Of a stretch of 64,000 nucleotides of DNA, positions 57,391 to 64,000 are shown piece after piece. This stretch comes from Pseudomonadota bacterium. GTDB lineage: Bacteria > Pseudomonadota > Alphaproteobacteria > MPNO01 > UBA830. The position numbers were made by a program, and so were the translations under genes. Under the pieces are notes generated by a model, which saw only the letters and a list, made by a program, of their open reading frames with translations, was not told the origin of the DNA and searched no databases. The stretch spans positions 2,099 to 66,098 of the forward strand of contig JAYYZV010000005.1 in assembly GCA_036339975.1 (NCBI GenBank), given 5' to 3'. Numbering within the stretch: the first letter of the stretch is position 1; each line of letters opens with the position of its first letter.

Positions 57391-58971
57391 CTACAAACCG
57401 GAATAGGTCGTTTTCCATAGAACAGCCAATGCCTGCCGGTCGATTTTGCCACGCTCATTTTTCGGGATGTCGTCCAAAATGATGAGTTGCGACGGCATCT
57501 TGAAATGCGCTAACGCATTGGCGCAGTGGGCGAGAATCCTTTCGTCAGTTGCGCTCGTATTGCGGCGTAGTGCCGCGAAGCTTACGGGGCGTTCACCGTA
57601 GACTTTGTCATAAACGCCGATGGTGGCAGCTTCTAGTACATCCGGGTGAGTGCTAAGCGCGTTGTCGATTTCGAGAGGGGCGATGTTGACCCCGCCCCGA
57701 ATAATGACGTCCTTAGCCCGGCCAGTAATCATCAAGAAGCCTTCCTCGTCAATATAACCTATATCTCCCGTTTTCAAGCGGCCGATTTTCTCGATGGAGC
57801 CGTCGGCATGCAAGTACCCTCCGGCCGGTTGCGCGCCGCCGAGTTCTATCTCGCCTACCTCACCCGGTTCGAGCGTGTTCCCATCCGGACCAACGATCCG
57901 AAGGTTCTGGTAAAGCCCGGATGGACCTACGCTTCCGATACGGCGTTTCCCGACGTGGTTACTTGCAACGATCCCGCCTTCGCTCATCCCGTATAGTTGT
58001 ACAAGTTCGATGCCGTATTTTTCTTCAAAACGTTTGTGCTGTTCCACCATTAACGGCGCGGTGGATGAGGACATGAAGCGCAGCTGACGCGTTGCTGCCA
58101 CATCTTCAGGGGTCGGCTCATGTTCCAATAGCATGTTGATGACAGTAGGCACGCCGATCACCATCGTCGGTGAAAAGAAACGTAACCAGTCGAAGAAGCG
58201 GGAACGCGAAAAACGGTTAGCCAGAAGAATCGTCGCACCCACTCGAAGGGCTGGTGTAAGACAAAGCATGTGAGACGACGCCCAGCTAAGAGATCGAAAC
58301 TCTAGCATGCGATCAGTTTCGGTTAGTTTCCACATGTCGAGGGTTTGATCTGCGATCCAGAAATAATTGCCAAAACGGTGCATTACTCCTTTCGGTGCGG
58401 CGGAGGTTCCCGAAGTAAAGCTGAGCACACAAAGGTCCTCCGGCCCGGCCCCGGCATCCGGAGCTTTGTGGCCGTCGTCATATCCATTCAAAATTTCGAA
58501 AAGGCCCCCATCCTGAGCGTTGTTGCCGTCTGGAGCGCAGTCGCCGAATGCGATCCAATCGCAGTCAACAACGTGATTGAGGCCGCGAATATCGAGGTCC
58601 TCATGAGACAGGACGAGCGCGGGTTCGATGCGCGCAAGCATTTCACGCATGTTGGTGGCATTGACCTCGATATTGATCGTGCAGAATGCCGCCCCGTAGC
58701 GGAGGATTGCGAAATACAGGACAGGCATTTCCAAACGGTTATCTGTCAACACTGCGATACGCCCCCCTGCGCCGATACCGCGTGCCGCGAGGAACCGCGA
58801 AAGTCGGTTCGACAGCTTCCACATTTGGGTAAAAGAGATCGCGCGGCCATCCTGGTCGAGCGCCACGATGAATGGCTTATCGCCACGGGCCTCCGCGTGA
58901 TTTTGGAGCAACGCAGCGACGGACTGGTAACGACCTTTATCTGGGGCGGAAGGGACGGAACGGGTTAGCAT
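57391..58971 (-). CDS. AMP-dependent synthetase/ligase (acyl- or aryl-CoA ligase)
   Basis: 526 aa. AMP-binding motif FTSGTSAAPKGV, YGMSEGG, TGDIGYIDEEGF, ERGKIDR. Confidence 0.85.
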   Translation of the reverse strand: MLTRSVPSAPDKGRYQSVAALLQNHAEARGDKPFIVALDQDGRAISFTQMWKLSNRLSRFLAARGIGAGGRIAVLTDNRLEMPVLYFAILRYGAAFCTINIEVNATNMREMLARIEPALVLSHEDLDIRGLNHVVDCDWIAFGDCAPDGNNAQDGGLFEILNGYDDGHKAPDAGAGPEDLCVLSFTSGTSAAPKGVMHRFGNYFWIADQTLDMWKLTETDRMLEFRSLSWASSHMLCLTPALRVGATILLANRFSRSRFFDWLRFFSPTMVIGVPTVINMLLEHEPTPEDVAATRQLRFMSSSTAPLMVEQHKRFEEKYGIELVQLYGMSEGGIVASNHVGKRRIGSVGPSGLYQNLRIVGPDGNTLEPGEVGEIELGGAQPAGGYLHADGSIEKIGRLKTGDIGYIDEEGFLMITGRAKDVIIRGGVNIAPLEIDNALSTHPDVLEAATIGVYDKVYGERPVSFAALRRNTSATDERILAHCANALAHFKMPSQLIILDDIPKNERGKIDRQALAVLWKTTYSGL

Positions 58972-59103
58972 AGGATGATATTAAGTACGTCGCGGGGAGC
59001 GTCAAAGAGATTCCGTTAGAAGAACCAAAACTGACCCCGTTAGGATGACGGTATAAAACCTTATGCTATGATTGGAACTTAGAACCCTTATGGAGCGCCT
59101 ATA

Positions 59104-60447
59104 ATGTCCTACGAAGGGCCTGCTATTCAATTATCCGACCGCGTTGACGACCGGGCGGAGACAGATCACGAATTCCGGCTTCACCGTTCTATCTTCAAAG
59201 ACCCGGATATTTATGCCGCCGAAATGGAATTCTGCTTCGAGAGGATATGGAATTTTCTATGCCACGAGAGCCAGGTGCCAAACCCCGGCGACTACTATGC
59301 CACGTATATCGGCAGCCAGCCGGTCTTCCTGCATCGGCAAGAAGACGGTTCGGTCAAGGCGTTCGTTAACGCGTGTTCCCACCGGGGTGCGACAATTACA
59401 CCGTTTAAGCAGGGTAATTCTAAGACGCTGACCTGTCGTTTCCATGGGTGGAGTTACAAATGCTCTGGCGAATGCATAGGTATCAAGAACGAAGAAGGCG
59501 GCTACGGCGGCGATTTTGATCGGGCGCATTACAATCTAACCGAAATCGCCCATGTAGGTGAATATAGGGGCTTCATCTTCGGTGCTTTATATGACGGTGT
59601 CCCGACACTTGATGAACATTTGGGCGAAGCTAAGTTCTTTATCGACCTTTTTGCCGATCAGTCAGCAGACGGGCTGGAGATAGTCGCTGGTTCCCAGACC
59701 TATTTGTGCGATCACGATTGGAAGGTACAAGCCGACAACGTGACTGACGGGTATCACGTCTCTACCGTGCACCGAAACTTCATGAATACAATACGAGCTC
59801 GCGAAGAACGCGAAGGGACTGAGGGCCTCCTCAAGACGGAAGTTGGGCGTATCGAGGGTGGCGTAAAGAACGGTATGTACTATCTGGGTAACGGCCATAT
59901 GTGCATTTGGGCCGACCGATCGAGCCCTGAGGGAGCGCCGCTTGCCCCGGCGACTGAGCGGATCGAAAACGAATTTGAGGAAACCAAGGCCCACTGGATG
60001 CTACGCCGTGGCCGAAATATCATCGTATTCCCGAACCTTGTCCTCAACGATCTGGCCTCTACGCATCTGCGCACTCATCGGCCACTTGGTCCCGGTAAGA
60101 GTGAAGTGACTATTTGGTGTATTGCACCGAAGAATGAACCCGATGAGGCGCGATTTGCGCGACTTCGCAAGTTTGAGGATTTTTTCCTCGTTTCAGGTCT
60201 ATCAACGTCCGACGACGTAGTATCTCTGGACACTGCGCAGGAAGGGTTCAACGGGGTTGAAGCTGGCTGGAATAATTATGATCGCGGCCTAAGTACTATG
60301 CGCGCCGGTCCCGATGCGGAAGCGCGTAAGGCTGGGATCAACCCTGAATTTCACTGTGATAGCTGGGATTACGAGGCCGCGTTTGTTGGTTGGTACCGTT
60401 ATTGGCGAGGGTTAGTAGAAGAGGGAACTAAGTCCAACGCGCCGTAG
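59104..60447 (+). CDS. Rieske [2Fe-2S] ring-hydroxylating oxygenase alpha subunit
   Basis: 447 aa. Rieske motif CSHRGATITPFKQGNSKTLTCRFHGWSY. Mononuclear-iron region DGYHVSTVH. Confidence 0.85.
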   Translation: MSYEGPAIQLSDRVDDRAETDHEFRLHRSIFKDPDIYAAEMEFCFERIWNFLCHESQVPNPGDYYATYIGSQPVFLHRQEDGSVKAFVNACSHRGATITPFKQGNSKTLTCRFHGWSYKCSGECIGIKNEEGGYGGDFDRAHYNLTEIAHVGEYRGFIFGALYDGVPTLDEHLGEAKFFIDLFADQSADGLEIVAGSQTYLCDHDWKVQADNVTDGYHVSTVHRNFMNTIRAREEREGTEGLLKTEVGRIEGGVKNGMYYLGNGHMCIWADRSSPEGAPLAPATERIENEFEETKAHWMLRRGRNIIVFPNLVLNDLASTHLRTHRPLGPGKSEVTIWCIAPKNEPDEARFARLRKFEDFFLVSGLSTSDDVVSLDTAQEGFNGVEAGWNNYDRGLSTMRAGPDAEARKAGINPEFHCDSWDYEAAFVGWYRYWRGLVEEGTKSNAP

Positions 60448-60615
60448 CTTATGACGGGGAAAATGTTGGGTGGGTGAGCATGTGTGGTGAAGACCCGGCT
60501 TGGGCAAACATAGTCCAGCATGGAGCCGCAGATCTGGCAGCCTTTAGGCGGATACCCGTTTCGGACCTCGGCTGGGCGGCGCTATTTTGGAGGTGATTGA
60601 TAAGTGCCGATCCAC

Positions 60616-61443
60616 CTAATCGGTAATCGAGCCAATAAAATTTTTAACTGCCGAATTAAATGCGTCCGGACTTTCCATACAGCTGTAATGACCACACCGA
60701 TCGAAAGTCTCGATTGGCCCTTCGCCCATTGCATCGCGCGCAGCTGTTCCGGTGCTCAACGGCGACGCTGGATCGAGCGTCCCTCCAATTACAAGTGACG
60801 GGCAGTCAATTCGCGGTGCGAGAGCAAAGAAATCGGTTTGCGCAGCCATCTCGATGGCCTGACACATCGCCCCAAGTGGAGCGCGTTTCATGATCGTTAA
60901 TACCAAGTCTACAATCATCGGCATTGTTTCTGGTCCGAGCAGTTTTCTGCCGCGCTCTTCGGCAAATCGCTCCGGCCCAAGGTCCCGCAGGTCTTTTAAA
61001 AGCTTGTTGCGCTGTTTTGAACGCTCGCTATCCGGTAACCCTGCCAGTCCAGTTAATCCTTGGCAGAAGGTGTATGATAATGTTTGATCGGGATATTCCG
61101 CCGCATATGTAGCACCTATGAGGGCGGCTAGTGACTGTCCCAAGATATGTGTCTTAAAAACGCCAATCGTATCGAGTACCGCTGATAGAGTATGCGCATA
61201 ATGTTCAGCGGTTGGATTTTCCCGCACAAAACCGCCAGATGCGCCGTAACCTGGCATATCCCAAGCGATGATACGGAAATGGTCGGACAATCCCCGAAAT
61301 TGGAACGCCCAGGTCTGGGAAGACCCGCCCAGACCGTGCAATAGAACTAGTGCTGGTTTATCACTGTCACTAATTGTGGCGGTGTCGCGCACTGCAATGG
61401 GCGTGCCGCCGATCTCGACGCTCATAAGCTCTGGAAGTGCCAT
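60616..61443 (-). CDS. alpha/beta hydrolase (3-oxoadipate-enol-lactonase/meta-cleavage-hydrolase-like)
   Basis: 275 aa. LVLLHGLGGSS, nucleophile GQSLAA, C-terminal CGHYS. Confidence 0.8.
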   Translation of the reverse strand: MALPELMSVEIGGTPIAVRDTATISDSDKPALVLLHGLGGSSQTWAFQFRGLSDHFRIIAWDMPGYGASGGFVRENPTAEHYAHTLSAVLDTIGVFKTHILGQSLAALIGATYAAEYPDQTLSYTFCQGLTGLAGLPDSERSKQRNKLLKDLRDLGPERFAEERGRKLLGPETMPMIVDLVLTIMKRAPLGAMCQAIEMAAQTDFFALAPRIDCPSLVIGGTLDPASPLSTGTAARDAMGEGPIETFDRCGHYSCMESPDAFNSAVKNFIGSITD

Positions 61444-61600
61444 GGCGGAAGACTAGCGGAATCGCTGGTGTGTGTTGAGTGGGGTATTCCACTTAGTACT
61501 TTGCTCGTGCGGTTATTGCGGCGCCAGATAACGTCTCCGCATAAATGCCGCCCTAGTTCTCATAAGACGCCTAGGTTACCCGATGATTCTAGCTCAACGC

Positions 61601-62416
61601 CTATGTTTGAGCGGTCATCGCGTTGCGATAGCGTTCCCAGTATTCCTCACATGCGGAGACGCTTTCCGGTGATAGTTCGTATTCGGGCCGTGGGTCTTCG
61701 ACCCAGTTACCAAGCGGGTCCTCGCCTCGGATGTGGATGGCCAGTGGATTGTCGAACTGGGCTTGTCGAACGTGAGAATCGGCGAAATGAATGGCGAAAC
61801 CTACACGAGGCCAGTCGGCGTTGTTTGGTTCAGAAGAGTGGATTGTTTTGTTGTGGTGGATCGAGATCTGGCCAGGTTCGAGCGCCATCTCTACGGCGGC
61901 AGTGCTGTCGATGTCGCGGATCGTTTGGCCGCGAGAAAGAAGGTTGTTCTTATCGTAGGTTTCGTCATGCGGGAGGATCGCCTCCCCTTTGTGTGATCCA
62001 GGTAGAATCTTCATGCAGCCGGCTTCGGAATTTGCACGAGTGAACGCCACCCAGGCAGTGATCGACTCCGGGGGTTCGAGCCCGTAATAGGTTGAATCTT
62101 GGTGCCAAGAAATGAACCGTGGGTCGTGTGCTTTCTTAGTAAAAAAGGACGAACCCCAGCAAACAATATTGGGACCAATCAGATCCTCGATGGCGTCAGC
62201 GAGGCGAGGGTGGGTGACGAGATCCCACAACCATGGGAACGGCAAATGCGCCTTCATTCGGAAGCGATCCTGGGCCTCGCCATCCATGGAGTTTTCGAGG
62301 GCTTGAAACCGGTGGTTGTAATCTGCTGCTTCGTCTTCCGTAAGAAGGTCAATGGGCCAGACTGCGCCGTCGCGGTGCCACTGGGTAAGCTGCTCTTCGC
62401 TAAGGATTTTGGACAT
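61601..62416 (-). CDS. phytanoyl-CoA-dioxygenase (PhyH) family Fe(II)/2OG oxygenase, paralog 1
   Basis: 271 aa. SWHQDSTYYGL (HxD), ISIHHNKTIHSS. Confidence 0.8.
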   Translation of the reverse strand: MSKILSEEQLTQWHRDGAVWPIDLLTEDEAADYNHRFQALENSMDGEAQDRFRMKAHLPFPWLWDLVTHPRLADAIEDLIGPNIVCWGSSFFTKKAHDPRFISWHQDSTYYGLEPPESITAWVAFTRANSEAGCMKILPGSHKGEAILPHDETYDKNNLLSRGQTIRDIDSTAAVEMALEPGQISIHHNKTIHSSEPNNADWPRVGFAIHFADSHVRQAQFDNPLAIHIRGEDPLGNWVEDPRPEYELSPESVSACEEYWERYRNAMTAQT

Positions 62417-62437
62417 TGTTGGCTCCTGTGTAGCGTT

Positions 62438-63247
62438 TCAGTGTTTTCCGACGCCGGTCAGATATTCGCCGTAAGTTGCATCCAGCGCTTCTAGGCATGT
62501 CTTGTCGAATTCTTCCTTCGGCTCCGGGTCTTCCGCCCAATGACCCTCTTTGTCTGTTCCGCGGACCAGTGTTGCCGTGGCGTTTTTTAGCAAAACCTGA
62601 TGAACGTGCGGAGCGATGTAGTGTATTGAGATGCCGATACGCGGATAGTCTGCTTTGTTGGGGTTGGACCCATGCACGACGGCTTCGTGATGGATTGAAA
62701 ATTCGCCAGGCTCAAGTGTCACGTCGACTGCGCGGTCTTCCTCCACATGATGGATAGTCTGGCCTTTCATCAGGAGATTGTTGGCAGTGCCGGTCTCGTC
62801 ATGTTCATACAAACCTTTGTCGTGCGTGCCGGGAATAAAACGCATACAGCCGGATTCTGCGTTAGACCGGCTGAAGGCATACCAGACACTAACTGTGGCG
62901 CGTTCGGAGAGACCGTAGTAGGTCGAATCCTGGTGCCACGACACGAAGCGCCTGTCGTGGGCGTTCTTCGTGAAAAACGAAGATCCCCAACAAAGGATGT
63001 TTGGGCCGATGATGTCCTCCACGGCATCCAATATGTTGTCGTTGCAGATGATGTCCCACATCCACGGAAAGGGTAGGTGGGCCTTAATCTTAAACCTGTT
63101 CTGAGGCTCTTCACCGATTTCCTTCTCAAGCGCGAAGTATCTGGCAAGATTTCGTTCGGCCTGATCAGGATCGACTGCACGGATAGGAAAAATGCATCCG
63201 TCGGAATGCCAACTGGCGACCTGTTCAGCGCTAAGTATCTTCGGCAT
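62438..63247 (-). CDS. phytanoyl-CoA-dioxygenase (PhyH) family Fe(II)/2OG oxygenase, paralog 2
   Basis: ATG 63247 (GGAAG upstream) in ORF 62438-63388. SWHQDSTYYGL, FSIHHEAVVHGS. Collinear with paralog 1. Confidence 0.8.
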   Translation of the reverse strand: MPKILSAEQVASWHSDGCIFPIRAVDPDQAERNLARYFALEKEIGEEPQNRFKIKAHLPFPWMWDIICNDNILDAVEDIIGPNILCWGSSFFTKNAHDRRFVSWHQDSTYYGLSERATVSVWYAFSRSNAESGCMRFIPGTHDKGLYEHDETGTANNLLMKGQTIHHVEEDRAVDVTLEPGEFSIHHEAVVHGSNPNKADYPRIGISIHYIAPHVHQVLLKNATATLVRGTDKEGHWAEDPEPKEEFDKTCLEALDATYGEYLTGVGKH

Positions 63248-63261
63248 CTTTTGTTCACTTC

Positions 63262-64000
63262 CTAGAACGGTTTGGCGTCGCCCAGTACAGTGGTGCGTAG
63301 CAAAAGCCGGCGTTCCGTCTCGGGAAAATCGGTGCGCGCGTGCATTGAGCATCGGTTGTCCCATAGCAATAGATCGCCAACCTGCCATTCGTGCTCGTAC
63401 ACGAACTCCGGGTCTTCCGCATGATCAAAAAGCGCGTTCAGTAGTCCGTCTGCCTCGTCCTGATCCATGTCAATCACGCCTTCGGTCATCAGACGGTTAA
63501 CGTAGATTGCTTTCCGCCCCGTATCGTCATGGGTGCGGAACACTGGATGCACCGATTCCGAAAAGGCTGGGGTTCCCTTGTCATCACCTTTTTGGACGGA
63601 TCCGTAATTGTAGTGGTGGAATGCCTTGCGGTCTTCCAACTGCTCGCGCAGTTCGTCAGGCAACGCGTCGTATGCTGCATAACCGCTAGCGAACAATGTG
63701 TTTCCGCCATGTGACGGTATTTCCACAGCATTCAGCATAGTGGCTTTATGAGGCAATTCCGCATGCATCATATCATGGTGGAACATCATCTCGCCGTCAG
63801 GCAATGCTCCGATGGGTTCGCCATTCTCTCGGATGTTGGAAATCAGCATGATTCCTTCCGGAAGCCGGTCGTACCCCTTCGGATGAAACTCTTTAGGCCG
63901 AGCCACCTTGCCCGGTTGACCAAACCAGCTGGTGACTTCCAATTGGCGTTCTGCGTCCAAGTGCTGTCCGCAGAACAGCAGGATTGTGTGATCAAACCAT
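63262..64000 (-). CDS. TauD/TfdA-family Fe(II)/2OG dioxygenase (N-terminus outside window)
   Basis: The reading frame stays open to the right edge (..WFDHTILLFCGQHLDAERQ..). FHHDMMH (HxD), GGNTLFAS, WDNRCSMHAR. Confidence 0.8.
   Translation of the reverse strand, partial: WFDHTILLFCGQHLDAERQLEVTSWFGQPGKVARPKEFHPKGYDRLPEGIMLISNIRENGEPIGALPDGEMMFHHDMMHAELPHKATMLNAVEIPSHGGNTLFASGYAAYDALPDELREQLEDRKAFHHYNYGSVQKGDDKGTPAFSESVHPVFRTHDDTGRKAIYVNRLMTEGVIDMDQDEADGLLNALFDHAEDPEFVYEHEWQVGDLLLWDNRCSMHARTDFPETERRLLLRTTVLGDAKPF

Noticed and set aside
1-64000. Search for CRISPR arrays, IS elements/transposases, integrases, tRNA/rRNA genes, and toxin-antitoxin or classical defence genes
   Set aside because: I saw none: no regularly spaced direct repeats, no terminal inverted repeats flanking ORFs, and no DDE/tyrosine-recombinase, nuclease or helicase-type ORFs. 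The window looks like core or metabolic-island chromosome rather than a mobile or defence island.

Overview
The window is a gene-dense 64-kb chromosomal segment of a Gram-negative, probably alphaproteobacterial, genome. That taxonomic call is inference from gene families, short intergenic gaps and frequent ATGA/TGATG overlaps. I support about 60 protein-coding genes. I found no rRNA, tRNA, CRISPR array, transposase, integrase or phage gene. All functional calls rest on motifs I recognised by eye in the supplied translations; no database search was possible.

Layout:
- 1-11.8 kb: oxygenase-rich aromatic/organosulfonate block. It holds a partial IPNS-like 2OG oxygenase, a CmcJ/AsaB-like oxygenase, two HsaA-like flavin monooxygenases, a UbiD decarboxylase, a PPOX-like protein, split ComDE-like TPP decarboxylase subunits, a ComC/Ldh2-like dehydrogenase, an alpha/beta hydrolase, an FAH-family protein and an extradiol dioxygenase.
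- 11.9-16.7 kb: LivKHMGF-type ABC importer.
- 17-20.7 kb: TauE/SafE, EamA, hydrolase and TauD.
- 21-23.1 kb: YgjP-like metallopeptidase and an MFS transporter.
- 23.3-29.3 kb: queuosine/tRNA-modification supercluster (hypothetical, queA, tgt, queG, dusA, arsC, yhhQ).
- 29.4-35.4 kb: molybdenum hydroxylase operon with the unusual order L-M-S-L.
- 35.5-46.2 kb: NtaA-like LLM monooxygenase, class-V aminotransferase, aldo/keto reductase, an orphan protein, a hydrolase, a TauD plus ferritin-like di-iron pair, a cytoplasmic SsuA-like protein, an MDR dehydrogenase and a second UbiD.
- 46.3-53.6 kb: six EamA/DMT transporter paralogs, five in one tandem operon behind the only transcription factor in the window (MarR), plus a GST.
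- 53.7-64 kb: HpaB-family monooxygenase, a structured 395-bp spacer, GMC oxidoreductase, acyl-CoA ligase, a Rieske alpha subunit, a hydrolase, two PhyH paralogs and a partial TauD.

Strongest candidates for something undescribed:
- the translationally coupled TauD / ferritin-like di-iron pair at 40.8-42.4 kb;
- the MarR-headed five-gene EamA array;
- the L-M-S-L molybdoenzyme operon.
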